This document shows, piece after piece, positions 27,342 to 42,282 of a stretch of 64,000 nt of DNA. The stretch is taken from positions 82,150,001-82,214,000 of the forward strand of contig OZ024747.1 of assembly GCA_964016885.1 (NCBI GenBank), written 5' to 3'. The notes beneath the pieces are model-generated. The model had not been told where the DNA came from. It worked only from the letters and a program-made list of their open reading frames with translations, and did not search any database. Position numbers and translations under genes: made by a program. This DNA is from Eledone cirrhosa. Lineage: Eukaryota. Position 1 is the stretch's first letter. Each line of letters begins with the position of its first letter.

Positions 27342-28278
27342 TAAGTAATGTGTACCACCACTTCCCATCTATCGCAATTCAAAGATATTCTATGGCATGC
27401 AGTCGACCTCGTGTGTCAGTCATCTCTACTCATGCCACTGATGATATCCAAGGGGAAACTTATAGGCACCTCTGTAGTCACAACTCCTTTTTCTGATTGA
27501 GTGGATAGAAGCAACGAGAACTGTAGTGTCTCGTTTGACACAACGTACCCAGTCTAGGAATCGAACTCATGATCTTATCATCATGACACCAGCATCTTAA
27601 CTACTAACGTTCACATTCACTCTGTACATACATATGTACATACGTACATAGGTACATACATACGTACATAGGTACATACATACGTACATACATACGTACA
27701 TACATGATGGCTGCCCCCTCGTTATCGAGTATGCCCATTGCATGATATAACATTATTAATAATTATCAATTAGTGCTATTGTGCAATACCTGTGCGTGAA
27801 GAATTTTTTAAAGTGAGGAAAGACTGTGCACTGAGCCAATTCCACTCTCTGAGCGACAGTAGCTATAACCCGAAAAGAAGAAAAGATCATTATCATTGGT
27901 AACTACTGAGCCGCAGGTTTTATGTTGGAGTTATCCCATACACACATACATACTTACATACGTACGTACATACATACATACAGACATACATACATACATA
28001 TACACATGTACAGATACAAAGCATATACACATGCACACATACAACTCAAAACATACACATCCACACATACAATAACATCCATATCTACACATGCAGACAT
28101 GCATACATAATCTACCTAGTTGATGTGTAAATTCCAATGAGAGAGTCTTGTGTCTATGTTAGAAACCGACTCTCTCTCTATTGGGAAAAATTTGTGAAAT
28201 TATAAAACCAGAAGAACATACTTACAAACATACGTACATACGTACGTACATACATACATACATACATACATACATACA

Positions 28279-28726
28279 TGGTGGCAGCCAACTCGTTTTC
28301 GAGTACGGCCACTACTTTATATCCATGTACCGATGCGCTGAACGAGTGTGACTTTTTAGTCCAGCCAGCGACTTGAAAACTCTGGTACAAACACTACACT
28401 TGTGACAATTATTGACACATAGTGCTGGGCCCATGGTACCATGTGATGAAAAGTGCAGAGAGATCTCCAAATATAAAGCAATGCCTGTGCCGTGAAGCTT
28501 TTATAGTGAGCAAAGGCACTGCACAAAGCCAGTCCCACTCTCTTAACCAAGATGATATTTACCAAAAAGAAGAAAAAGTCAACGTCATTGGATACCATCA
28601 GGGTTGCAGATGGTATATCAGAGGTTTCCTTCTCCTAGAATTCTGCCTTAACAGAGGCTAAGGGGTCATCTCTCCCGGTGATTTTGGATGACCATTGACT
28701 CTTAAGAGTTCCTTTGCTCTTTGACA
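28279..28726 (-). mobile_element. Non-autonomous RTE-derived element, 5'-truncated
   Basis: Reverse complement of 63313-63773; tail runs into (TACA)n. Confidence 0.85.
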
Positions 28727-28742
28727 TACATACATACATACA

Positions 28743-28774
<32 letters not shown>

Positions 28775-28775
<1 letters not shown>

Positions 28776-29093
28776 GGTGGCTGCCAACTCGTTTTCGAGT
28801 ACGGCCACTACTTTATATCCATGTAGGAGAACCCCTACCAATGCGCTGAACGAGTGTGACTTTTTAGTCCAGCCAGCGACTTGAAAACTCTGGTACAAAC
28901 ACTACACTTGTGACAATTATTGACACATAGTGCTGGGCCCATGGTACCATATGACGACAAGTGCAGAGACATCTCAAGATATAAAGCAATGCCTGTGCCG
29001 TGAAGCTTTTATAGTGAGCAAAGGCACTGCACAAAGCCAGTCCCACTCTCTTAACCAAGATGATATTTACCAAAAAGAAGAACAAGTCAACAT
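28775..29093 (-). mobile_element. Non-autonomous RTE-derived element, 5'-truncated, tandem second copy
   Basis: Reverse complement of ~63455-63773. Confidence 0.85.
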
Positions 29094-29232
29094 GGCTGCG
29101 TTAGCTGGCACCTTCAAAATTTGCAAAACATTCTTGCGATTCAAGGGATAACAATTTCTTTTCTTTTACAACCTTGCCACCAGGAAGGTGGCCGGTCAAA
29201 AATATACTCGAAATTAAGAGAAAAAGATAAAC

Positions 29233-29425
29233 ATACGTACGTACGTACATACATACATACATACATACATACATACATACATACATACATACATACATAC
29301 ATACATACATACATACGTATGTACATAGATACATACATACCTACATACGTACATACATACATACATACATACATACATACGTACGTACATACATACATAC
29401 ATACATACATACATACATACATACA

Positions 29426-29455
<30 letters not shown>
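29233..29455. repeat. (TACA)n microsatellite
   Basis: Direct inspection. Confidence 0.95.
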
Positions 29456-29456
<1 letters not shown>

Positions 29457-30249
29457 GTATATAGACCTACATTAACTCTTGCATTATCAGTTTTTCGTTA
29501 GATTCTTCGTACTATATAGCTGTTTCTTCGTCTCCATCACCAACACCTACACCACTACCACCAGCGCCATCACCATAGCCACCACCCATCATCATCACCA
29601 CTACCCCTACCATTGCCACCACCACCACCACCACCATGTAATATCTTCCCTGTATTCCACCTATTGCATAATGTTCTCTTCTAATCCCTCTAAATCTTTT
29701 TTCATTAAACTCACTCTCTCTTTATATTCCGTCTCTCTACCTCTGTCTCTCTCCTCCTTCTCTACCTCTGTCTCTCTCCCCCTTCTGTACCTTTGTCTCT
29801 CCCTCTTTCTCTGGCTCTGTCTCATTTTCTCAATGTCTCTGCTTCCTTTTTTTCTAAGACTATTTCTAGTTATTTTCTAGTTATATTTATCTTTTATTTT
29901 TCTTCCACTCATCCTTCCACTCACCCTTCCACTCCCCCTCCCACTCATCCTCCACTCACTCTACATTCGACTCCCCCTCCCACTCATCCTCCACTCACCC
30001 TACATTCCACTAGTCTTCTATATATCACTACAACCCACCTACCCGTCTCCCACTACCTCCCATCAGTCACAATTCACTGATATTCTTTGATAATTCCTCA
30101 GTCAAGTGGAAAATTACTGAATTGTGACTGAAAGCCGTTGGCTTTCAAACCAATTCCATCATTGTCCTTGCTAAAAACCTCTTCCACTCACTCTCTTGTC
30201 TCTCCATTATATTTCACTCCTCCTCCCTCTTATACTCTTAGTCGTTCTC

Positions 30250-30296
30250 TCCTCTCTCTCTTACCTTCCTGTTTTACTATTTCTCAATGTCATTGG

Positions 30297-30368
<72 letters not shown>

Positions 30369-30441
30369 CTCTCTCTATCTATCTTTCTCGCTCTCTCTCT
30401 CTCATTTGTTTTTTACTTCTCAATGTCATTGGTTCTTTCTC

Positions 30442-30486
<45 letters not shown>

Positions 30487-30532
30487 CTCTTTCATTTTTT
30501 TACTATTTCTCAATGTAATTGGGTCTTTCTCC

Positions 30533-30571
<39 letters not shown>

Positions 30572-30942
30572 CCACCCTTCTCTCTTCTCTTCTCCTCTCT
30601 CATCTCTCCATTTTTGCCTCACTCACTCCTCTCTCACCCTTCTCTCTTCTCCTCCCTCACCCTTCTCTCTTCTCCTCCCTCACCCTTCTCTCTTCTCCTC
30701 CCTTACCCTTCTCTCTTCTCCTCCCTCACACTTCTCTCTTCTCCTCCCTCTCTTCCCTCTTCTCTCTTACCCCCTCCTTCTCTCTCGCTACTTAACGTTT
30801 CTACTTTTCTCCAAGTTCTCTCTTAAATCTTTGGTATCTTCTGGTTCTTTCATTCCGTGTTTATTACGTCATTCTCGTCATCCTTTTTCTTTTAACCCAC
30901 CCCCACCCCTCTCACACACATTCACACATTAACGCACTCCCA

Positions 30943-31030
<88 letters not shown>

Positions 31031-31287
31031 CCTATTTCCCCCGCCGTCACGTCTTGTAATGTCCCATTTTTGTACGCCCCTGTGGCAAATAAAGAAAGAT
31101 ATCTATTTATCTATCTACCTCCCTACCTATCTACCTATCTCTCTCCCTCTCTATCTATCTATATATCTATCTATCTATCTACCTACCTGTCTTTGTATTG
31201 TCCCCTTTCTTGTTGCGCCCTTGTGGCTAATAAAGAAATCTATCTATCTACCCCTCTCTCCCAATCTCTCTCTCCCTCCCTCTCCCC

Positions 31288-31329
<42 letters not shown>

Positions 31330-31392
31330 CTATTATCTATCTAACTTTACCGTCTTCTATCAATGACTTCTATGTTTATCAATGTCTATACC

Positions 31393-31467
<75 letters not shown>

Positions 31468-31570
31468 ACATCTCTCCCTTTCTGCCACTCTTTCTATATC
31501 TCTATGTCTCTCTAACTCCCCCCCCTCTCTCTATATAAATCCTCTTCCCCTCCCCTATCTTCCCCTCCTA
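30250..31570. repeat. (CT)n / pyrimidine-rich region with local tandem units
   Basis: Three repeats of ttctcaatgtcattgg plus (CT)n; ~23-bp cccttctctcttctcctccctca units. Confidence 0.9.
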
Positions 31571-31761
31571 TTTCCCTCATACTCTCACTAAAAAGACATA
31601 CCTCACGCGTCACTAATTCTTGATTATTGCAGTTTATTATATTTTTGTTATATCTTAATATAGTTATTAATGCACAGAATTTTCTAGAAGCAAAAACAAC
31701 GGAAAAACAAATAAAATATATAAAAGGAAATATTAAACTAGTAAAAAAAAGAAAAGTAATA

Positions 31762-31798
<37 letters not shown>

Positions 31799-31819
31799 AT
31801 CATGCATACACACAAATAT

Positions 31820-32054
31820 GTACATATCTCTGTGTGTGTATGTGTATTTATATATGCACACATACACAGACACACAGACACACACACACACACATACACA
31901 TATATATATGTACATGTATATAAACATATGTGTGTATATATACGTGTATATATATATATATATATCGGTAGATATATATAGAGATATATATATATATGTA
32001 TATATGTATATATGTATATATATATGTGTATATATATATACACATATATATGTG

Positions 32055-32085
<31 letters not shown>

Positions 32086-32365
32086 GTATATATATGTATA
32101 TATATATATATGTATATATATGTATATATATATGTATATATATATGTATATATATGTATATATTTAAATATATGTATATGTATATATATGTATATATATT
32201 TATATATATATATGTATATATTTATATATATATATTTGTATATATTTATATATATATATTTATATATTTATATATATATATATGTATATGTATATATATA
32301 TACATATACATATATTTATATATATACATGTATATAAAGATATATGTGTATATATACATATATAT

Positions 32366-32409
<44 letters not shown>
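31820..32409. repeat. (TA)n-rich array
   Basis: Direct inspection. Confidence 0.9.
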
Positions 32410-32412
<3 letters not shown>

Positions 32413-32830
32413 GGAGGTGAGTTTTATTGTAGCACAATAAAGCAATGCAAATGTCGGATAAGTAGCACTCTACAGTTTGTAGGACTGGAATATAAATAAT
32501 TGTTTCTACTTTAGGCACAAGGCCAGCAATTACCCAGTGCATTATGGTACTTTATTTTATCGACCCCGTAAGGATGAAAGGCAAAGTCAACCTCGGCAGG
32601 ATTTGAACTCAGATCGTAAAGGGACGTAACTATGCTGGAAAGCATGGCGTCCGACCCTCTACCGATACTGCCAATCCACATAAGATCAAAAGATGGTATG
32701 AACCTTCATATCATGTATCCCTACTTTATCTGATGAAAACGCAGATGTCATCTCATGATGATATTTGTTTTTGACATGCGCATAATAAAATACTTGGAAC
32801 TCTTTTAACCATCTTTTGATCTTATATTAT
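32410..32830. mobile_element. Penelope-like cassette family A, copy 2, with a SINE (32494-32678, minus) between its two parts
   Basis: Same inverted-tail plus hammerhead layout as 1529-1950. Confidence 0.75.
32722..32792 (+). ncRNA. Hammerhead motif family A, mutated (GAAA>GACA)
   Basis: tactttat-ctgatga-...-gaca-tgcgca-ta-ataaaata. Confidence 0.7.
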
Positions 32831-33079
32831 ATATATATATATTTACATACAGTATATATATAAACGTACATACAGTATATATATATAGACCTATAAATAC
32901 ATACACACATTCATACATATTCGTATATATAATGGAAATATATATAAAGGAGAGCTATTTCCTTCTCCCCATAAGTTGTTGTTGTTGTAGTTTCTTTTCT
33001 TCAAAGTTTTCTTCTAATTAAAAAGCAATAATAATGTCCGTAATACCATTTGAATCACGCAATTTATTTTATCAGTAGT

Positions 33080-33645
33080 GCTACTACCACCACTAAAACC
33101 ACTACCATCACAGCTACTACTACCATTAACGCTACCACTACCACGAACCATTACCATTACAGTTACCACTACCACAAAAGAAACCACCACCACCACTACC
33201 ACTACAGCTACTACTACTATTACAGCTACCACTATCATTACAGCTACCACTACCATTAATACTACCATCACCATTACCACTACCACAAAACCTAAACCAC
33301 CACCACCACTACCAGAAACCACCACCACTACTACCAGAAACCACCACCATTACCATTACAGCTACCACTGCCATTAACGCTACCACTACCATTACCACTA
33401 CCACAGAAGAAACCACCACCACTACCAGAAACCACTAACACTACCGTTACCATTACCCTTACCATCAACACTCGCCGTTACCACTACCACAAAACAAACT
33501 ATCACCACTATCAGAAACCAAACCATTACCATTACAGCTACCACCACCACAACCACCGCCACCACCGTCACCACCACCACCACCACCACTACCACCACCA
33601 CCACCTCCACCACCACCATCACCATCATCACTACTGCCACCACAC
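33080..33645. repeat. (ACC/ACT)n degenerate trinucleotide array
   Basis: Direct inspection. Confidence 0.9.
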
Positions 33646-33852
33646 ATGATTGCAATTGTCACTGCTACTACAAGAAATTGTCACATCAATATCTCGTCAC
33701 ACCATCTAACTACTAGTACAACTATCTCTGAACTACCATTGCTGTCGTCTTTACAACAAATAGCAACTAAAATAATCCGTCTGAAACCTATTCTGCCATC
33801 TTAAAATACGCCATGTTACATAATGTCGTCTGCGTGACACACTTCCGGAAAT

Positions 33853-34860
33853 AATGGTTTCTAATTTAGACACAAGGCTAGCAATTTTGAGAGGAAGGGA
33901 AAGTCGATTATATCGATCTGTTATTTGACAGGTACATTTATTTTATTGAATCCGGAAAGATGAAAGGCAAAGTTGACCTCGATGGGATTTGAACTCAAGA
34001 CTGCTAAAAACAGCAGCTGCCATATCTCCTTAATAGCATCATAAATAAGGAAACATTGGGTGGCAATGTAGTTCCTAATCTTTAATCTGGAATGCCTTTA
34101 GTCTAGTTATACTGAAACAGCGTTGATCTTGTGCTAAACAATACGAACGGCAGCAACAAGTCTTCTACGTTTCGGGCTGTTGTCTGTCTTTAATGAAAAG
34201 CTAAGAAAATATGAAAGAAAAAATCAAGGGCAATAATTTAGGGGGAGTGAGGGGGGGGGGGGGGCAAAAGTCGATTACATCAAACTTAGTAAGTGGCAGA
34301 TACTTATTTTATCAATCCGGGAGGATGAAAGGCAAAGTAGACCTCGACAGAATTTGAACTCAGAAGGTAAAGACATTAAACAAATGCCGCAAAGCATTTT
34401 GTTGGACGCTCTCACGGTTCTGCTAATTCAACAACCTTAATGATTTCGTACATAGACATATGGAACAAAAGATTAATTGGCTGTTAAGAGTCGATCTTAA
34501 TATTTGATAGGTAATTCATTTTACCGATCTTGGGCCTGGAAGGATGAGAGGCAAAATTGACTGCGATGGGATTTGTACTCAAAACCCCGAAGAGCTTAAC
34601 CATTTAGCATTTACATTACTCTGTATTTACTATTGTATGTTTGTGGTAAAGGTTTTACCACACATAATTATCTCACATAATATCGAATCTACGAGATTTT
34701 GATGTTATTTATTTTGAAAACAATACATTAACACCAGTATCAGTGGCCAGTTACATCCGGTTTGAAGAGAAAGAGGTGAGAGAACTCTGGTCAGATATGG
34801 CCGGTTTAAATGCTAAAGGGTTAAGCAAATACGCAAGATGTTCGCTCCGACGCTCTAACG
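33853..34860 (-). mobile_element. Cluster of three diverged type A SINE remnants
   Basis: gatgaaaggcaaagttgacctcg..gatttgaactca-like motifs near 33960, 34325 and 34545. Confidence 0.7.
34600..34820. mobile_element. piggyBac-like MITE nested in a SINE
   Basis: TTAA|ccatttagcattta ... taaatgctaaaggg|TTAA. Confidence 0.8.
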
Positions 34861-35357
34861 GGGTTTTAACCATGATTATGTTAAAGAGGAAAAAACGATT
34901 ACAAACTCTTAACTTACAAGTGGACAAACATATATATTTATCCAATAGACCAATCTGATATTACATATTTAAGTTGGCTCTATATTAACCAATTACTTAC
35001 ATAAAAATCAATTCTGATATTTTCTTTTGTATTGTATTTACCTACAGGATTAATTCTTATCTAACGCTAAGCTTTATTTTAGGATTTTTAATTATTTAGC
35101 TGCGATTATGTACGGTTTTTATATCATATGTTTAAGCCGTCGTATCTACGTTTTGAAATTTAAATTACTGAACAGACAGGCAACAACAACAAATAGACAA
35201 CCAATATTAAGATATTATGAGATGAGATCAAAATAGAATACAATACAATAAAAGACATCTATATGAAAACAACAAGAATAACAACAGATAAATCGAGATA
35301 TAATTTTGTAACTGTTACATTAACACGGGTCTAGCAGCATTAAAAAAAAACAAAAAA

Positions 35358-36097
35358 ACTTTGCTTTTCATCCTTACGGGGTCAATAAAATAAAGTACCA
35401 GTAATCCATTGGATAATTGCTGGCCTTGTGCCAAAGGTAGAAACAATTATTAGTATTGAAAGGCGGTGGATTGGCAGTATCGGTAGAGGGCTGGGCGCTA
35501 TGCATTGTAGCAAACAGTTACGGCCCTTTATGGTTTAAGTTCAAATCCCACCGACGTTAACTTTGCTTTCATCCTTACGGGGTCGATAAAATAAAGTACC
35601 AGTAATACACTGGGATAATTGCTGGCCTTGTGCCAAAAGTAGAAACAATTATTAGCATTAATAGGTATTAGGGTGGTGGATCGGCAGTATCGGTAGAGGG
35701 TCTGACACCATGCTTTGCGTCATAGAGTTACGGCCCTTTATCATCTGAGTTCAAATCCCTATCTTCCATCCTTATGGTGTCGATAAAATAAAGTACTGTC
35801 CTTGTGTCTAAATCTGAAAATATTGTTGTTAATTGTATCAATACTAATAATTGCCAGCAAATTACCCAGTGCATTACTGGTACTTTATTATATCGACCCC
35901 ATAAGGATGAAAGGCAAAGTTAATCTCGGCAGGAATTGAACTCAGAACATAAAGGGCCATAACTCTATGCTGCAAAGCATGGCGTCCGACCCTCTACCGA
36001 TACTGCCAATCCACTACCTTTATTAGTATCAATACTAATAATGGTTTCTTATATAGGCACAAGGGCAGCAATTTGGGGGGAGTGAAAAGTCGATAAT
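35358..36097. mobile_element. SINE type A cluster: three plus-strand copies followed by two minus-strand copies
   Basis: Plus: ~35358-35452, 35461-35655, 35671-35810; minus: ~35850-36020, 36040-36097. Confidence 0.85.
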
Positions 36098-36111
36098 CTT
36101 ATATATATATA

Positions 36112-36744
36112 CTAGCAGTGGTACCCGACGTTGCACGGAATAAGGTATTTTGGAACGCGGGCCGCCAGCAGACCTAATCGTGGAAAAACTGCATGCCTGG
36201 ACAATATGTGAAGAAAATAAACCGACTACTCTGATGGCTGGATAATCTTTAAGATTTTCCTCGATGAAGCAGTAAAATTGCAGGTTTTCATCTAATGTGG
36301 GCCCTAGGGGATCAAGAAAATAATTTTTTTTTATGTGCATAATATGCTTTGAAATTCGGGAAAATCGGCTAGACGTAACGCCTCAAAAAATCCCTAAACA
36401 GCTGAAAATATGAAGTTTTTCATCTAATGCGGGACCTAGGCCAGAAAAAAGTTGGAGTTTCTTTGCTTAAGTTATGAAGAAGAGACTGACTAATACATGG
36501 TTACAATTTCAAGGAAATCTGTCTGACGTAACGCCTCAAAAAACCCCTAAAAAGCTGAAAAAACGCAGGCCTTAGGGGATCAAAAAGTTGAATCTTTTAA
36601 TGTGTATAACACTCTCTGAAGCATAAGTAATACACATGTAAAGTTTGAAAAAATCGGTTGGGTACTTCTCGAGTTTTAGGGATTCAAACTCACACACACA
36701 CACACACACACAGACACAGACATTCTCAGATTTATATATATAGA
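36112..36744 (-). mobile_element. Non-autonomous Helitron
   Basis: Minus strand begins A|TCtatatatataaa with a (TG)n tract and ends in a ccgtgcaacgtcgg hairpin plus ctgCTAG|T; internal direct repeats of gacgtaacgcctcaaaaaa..cctaaa.agctgaaaa. Confidence 0.8.
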
Positions 36745-36832
36745 TAACACATGCACACATCTTTTTTCTCTTGTTTTCATTCGAGTTTACCACTGATTCA
36801 CTTCTCTCTCACTCTCTCTCTCTCTCTCCCCC

Positions 36833-36894
<62 letters not shown>

Positions 36895-38662
36895 TATTAC
36901 CTTTTATATCTATATATATTCCCTTTTTACCTGTATTATAACCTTTATACATCATCTTCATTACTCTTTGTATCATTCAACCTCTCTCATTCTCCCGCTC
37001 TCTCCCCCCTCTCTCTCCCCTTCTATATATCTATCTCTTTCTCTCCTCACTCTCTTCTCCCTCTCTCCCCTCTCTCTCTATCGCTCTCCCTCTCTCTCTC
37101 TCTCTCTCCATCTGTTTGTCTGTCTGTCTCTCTATCTGTCCCTCTGTTATTTTTTATTCTCCTATGTATTCTATATCCCTCCCCTTATCAACCTCTCTCT
37201 CTCTTCCCCTCTTTCGCCCTCTCCCCCTCCCAGCCACCCTCTCTCTATCCGTCTGTTTGTCTATCTGTCTCTCTGTTATTTCTTATTGTCCTATGTATTC
37301 CATATCTCTCCCATTATCAACCTCTCTTCTCTTCTTTCCATCTCTTCACCCTATACCAATGGGTATCAGGACTTTGATGTAATATACGAACCCCAGTATT
37401 GCTGGATTTAGCAACATTTTCTCTACTGATCTCACACACACATTTTCTTCTTTACTTTTTCCCTAAACCATTTTTGTTATTTTTATTTATTGATTTCTAT
37501 AGTTATTTTGTTTTGTTTTCGTTATCTGTTTATTCTGAACGTTACGGTGTCTTGCGGTTGTTACCGATGTTATTATTGATATTATGGTTTATGTTACTAT
37601 TATTACAGCAATACTTTGGTTGTGCATTTTTAATACAGATTTTTTAAAAACCTGTCTTCTCGTTTTATTCTTATTTTCTACGTTCCTTAGGGTGGATTAT
37701 TTTCTCTGAACATTAAAGGTATTGTTGTGGTCTCGTTGAATAGCAATTGTTGAACAGTAGTGAGGGTAGTGGTGACAGTAGATATCGATGGTAGTGTAGA
37801 TATCAAATGGAAATGATTGCAGTAAGATCCATTGTATCAATAATAGTAGTGAAGGCTTCGATTTCGCTGAATCTTTAGAATACTTTGCGATATCTGCTCC
37901 AGCTATATGCACTCTCTAGCCGAAGTAACTTTACTCCTATCATTTTCAGAGTCGATAAATAAAGAACTAGTCCAATACTGACTTCGATTCTTCACTTTCT
38001 ACATTCTTTATCTGTATTGCACTTATAAGTCAAAGATCTAGATTTATCATATTTCAAAACGGCTTTCTCAAAGTTTAATTTTCCCTCGTTTTCTTTCTTT
38101 TCTTATTCTCACCTATCTTTCTATTTCTTCTTCTGTCTTCCAAAACATCTCTTCTATCTCACTCTATCATCTGATGATGTATTAAGGTCCGAAAGGTTGA
38201 AGCTCTTTTCTTACTTTATCAAACCCTAAACTAATATATAGCATTATTGTATTATAAAGTTCTCCTTTGTATTTTTGTCCTGATTGACTTTTCTTATATT
38301 CATATTTTATCACAGAATTACGTTAAGGGCACCCGTTTCTGCAAAATACTCTCCCGTTTGCACGCTGCTTTCAGGAGAAAGAATCAAGTCGAAAGAATGG
38401 TAGTTATAGTCTGTTTGGTCTTTTTTAACCCGAAGAAAGCCTTGATGGAGTAGACGTACGATCAGTCATTCTAGGTATAACCATCCCGTCCTTTTTTATA
38501 TGCAGGAAACCTAAACCACTTTGCTCAACGTCCATCTCTAAAGAGAGGGTGTTATTTGCGGGAGAGATGGCTGCTCTTTCTAACAGGTCGAATGACAACA
38601 TAGAGACTGTGTGAATGTGAATATATCTTAAATATAATTTCACAAGGAAATAACTTTTGCTG

Positions 38663-38710
<48 letters not shown>

Positions 38711-39199
38711 CAGTGGAGTTCTGTTAAGGTCTTGTTGTGCGGATAAAGCAGTATGCTGATGTAGGTATATTCTAACAGTGATCATAGCTGTAGTACTGAT
38801 GATGGAGGTGAAATGCATGTGACAGTATCATAGTAGTTGAGGGATAGAGGAGACATAATGGTAATTGTGAATATTGTGACGGTTGTTATGTGAGTGGTGT
38901 AGGGTAATTCAATAGGGGCGGTAATTCGTGAGTGATAGTGATAAAGCACTTTTAATGTTTGTAAGGATATTGATCCTAACGTGGTGGTGGTGCTGGTCTT
39001 AGTGCTTTTGACATTAGTGGAGTAGTTATGTTGGTGACAAGATTTTATGATGGCGTTGTGGTTCGGCAGACATATTGGAAACTATGTTCTTCATAGTATT
39101 GGAGTCAATGAAGGTAATAATAATAAAAGTCACATTTGTGATGTTAACTGTGTGGTGATCGTCTGGGTGGGGATGTATTGTGATGCTGAGAGTGGTGGT

Positions 39200-39724
39200 A
39201 ATGTATTGCGGTAAGGTTGGTGGTGATGGGGGCGATGGTGGTGGGAGTGTATGGTGGTGATGGTAATATGAGTAACAGCCGTGGTGGATATGATGACGGT
39301 GTTGGTGGTGAAGATGGTAGTGATGATGTAGGTAATGGTGGTGTTGGTGGAGGATAGGGTGATAGTAGTGATGGTGTAGGTAATGGCGGTGGTGAAGATA
39401 GTAGTGATGGTGGGGGTGGTGACGGTGAAGATATTAGTGATGGTGGTGGTGTTGGTGATGATGGTGGTGGTGGTGGTGGTGGTTGTGTGTGTTGTTGTTG
39501 TTGTAGTGTTGGTGGTGGTGGGGATGGTGGAAGTGATGGTGGTGGTGGTGGTTGTGGTGATGGTGGTTGTGGTGGTGGTGGTGGTTGTGGTGGTGGTGGT
39601 GGTGGTGGTGTAGGTGGTGGTTGTTGTTGTTGTGTGGTTGTGGTAGTGGTGGTGTAGGTGGTAGTGGTGGTGTTGGTTGTGGTGGTTGTGGTGATGTGGG
39701 GGGGGGGGGTTGTGGTGGTGGTGG

Positions 39725-39755
<31 letters not shown>

Positions 39756-40000
39756 GGTGGTGGTTGTGGTTGTGGTGGTGGTGTAGGTGGTGGTTGTTGT
39801 TGTGGTGTTGGTGATGGTGGTGATGGTGGTGGTGGTGGTGTTATTGTTTGTGGTGGTTGCTGTTGTTGTTGTGGTGTTTGATGTTGTTGTTGTTGTCGTG
39901 GTGGTGGTGAATGTGTTTGCCGTTGTTGTTGTGGTGGTGTTGGATGCGTTTGTTGTTGTTGTTGTTGTGGTGGTGGTGGTGGCGGTGGTAGTAGTTGTTA
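39200..40000. repeat. (GGT/GTT)n array
   Basis: Direct inspection. Confidence 0.9.
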
Positions 40001-40064
40001 TTGATAGCAGTCTTGGGTTAATGGAACTTTATATGTTGTTTAGTGGAGCTCACAGAAGCAAGGT

Positions 40065-40285
40065 TGATGACAGAGATGATGATGATAGAGATGATGATGA
40101 TGATGATGATGATGATGATAGAGATGATGATGATGATGATGATGATAGAGATGATGATGATGATGATGATGATAGAGATGATGATGATGATGATGATGAT
40201 AGAGATGATGATGATGATGATGATGATAGAGATGATGATGATGATGATGATGATGATAGAGATGATGATGATGATAGAGATGATG
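40065..40285. repeat. (GAT)nAGA compound minisatellite
   Basis: Direct inspection. Confidence 0.9.
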
Positions 40286-40758
40286 TTGAGCTCATGTTCA
40301 AAATATTATTAGGAATGGTGAAGTGATGCAATTTGTGGCAATGCTACTATCGTACTTTCATTTTCCTTCTTCCTTTCCTTCTTTCTTTACTTTGTCCTTT
40401 CTTTCTTTCTTTCTCCCTTCCTTCCTCACTTCCTTCCTTCCTATCTTTCCCTCCCTCTTTTGATTTCTGTCTTTCCCTCATTCTCTCCCACCTCCTCTCC
40501 CACCTCTTCTCCTTCCACCTCCATCCTTCTCCATCCTCCTCCACCCTTTCCTCTTCCTATTACTTCTATCCACCTCAATCCTTCTCCACCCTTTCCTCTT
40601 CCTATTATTTCTATCCTCCTCCACCCCCCCTCCCCCATCCCTCTCCACCCTTCCTTCCTTCTATTCCTTCATTGAACCAGAATACAATAGTAAGTAAAAT
40701 CGCCAAATATGTGATAGTGATTCGATAAAAACAAAACACCTATCATCTTGCTATTATT

Positions 40759-40814
<56 letters not shown>

Positions 40815-41059
40815 TTGTTGTTGTTGTTGTTGCTGTTGTTGTTGTTGTTGTTGTTGTTGTTATGATGTCTTCCCAGCATTCCCCGTTATTGTCTCTCAAT
40901 TCCTGCAGCTTTAGTTTTAGTGTTTATTCCACATAATGATCAAAGGTTGCTTACACACCGCTGGTAAATATTAATACACTACAATTGTCACGGGCATGCC
41001 TAAACAACTGCGTCTATATGTATACGTATGTGCATGTGTATTTTTAGTATTATAGGAAA

Positions 41060-41066
41060 ATATGTA

Positions 41067-41120
<54 letters not shown>

Positions 41121-41349
41121 CATACATGCACCCATATATATATATATATATATTTATATATACACACATATACATATATATATATACATATATATATGTG
41201 TGTGTGTATGTGTGTGTGTAGTGTATTTGTATATATATGTGTGTGTGTGGTGTATGTATATATATATATGTATACATAAATATATACATAAATATATGTA
41301 TATATTGTACATATATGTGTATATATATATAATATACACGAACATATGT

Positions 41350-41422
<73 letters not shown>

Positions 41423-41752
41423 TCTATATATATTTATATATGAATCTATATGAATGTGTATCTATGTATGTGTGTATGCATGTATACATATACAGACGCA
41501 CACAAATATGTACTGCATATACATATTTACATTTTACTATATATACACATACATATGTACGTGCATACATACATACGAACATCCATAACATAATACACAC
41601 ACACACACACCCACACACACAGATATATACATGTAAATCAATTTTGTCACATGAAATATATCAAAACAAAACCACAGACGAAACGAAATCAAATTTCTAT
41701 ATAAACACCACTTCTATGTATATTCTATTTATGGACTTTTTATATATTTACC

Positions 41753-41795
<43 letters not shown>

Positions 41796-41907
41796 GCATA
41801 CATGCATATATGTACATCCATATATATATATATGTCTGTGTGTGTGTGTATATATATATATGTGTGTGTGTGTATATATATATGTATGTATATGTATGTT
41901 CTATATG

Positions 41908-41972
<65 letters not shown>

Positions 41973-42140
41973 GTATACATATATATATATATACATATAG
42001 AACATACATATACATAGATATACATAGACATACATGCATATATATGGATACATATACACATACACCATACACACACACTCACACACACACACACACACAC
42101 ACGCACACACATACACATATATATGTATGTATGTATGTTT
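41060..42140. repeat. TA/TG/CA mixed microsatellite region
   Basis: Direct inspection. Confidence 0.9.
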
Positions 42141-42282
42141 GTAAGTTTGTTGTTAGATTGTCTCAACTTTGGAAATGAAATTACTGTTTCATGGCGTAAG
42201 CTTTTTATGTCTACAATTAGACTGTTTCTGCTCTGTGTTCGCTTTTACCAGCATCAGCATCACTATTCCGATTGACAGACTT

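Noticed and set aside
38181-38215. ctgatga...gaaa hammerhead-like text
   Set aside because: Neither stem I nor stem II pairs convincingly; at best a very old remnant.
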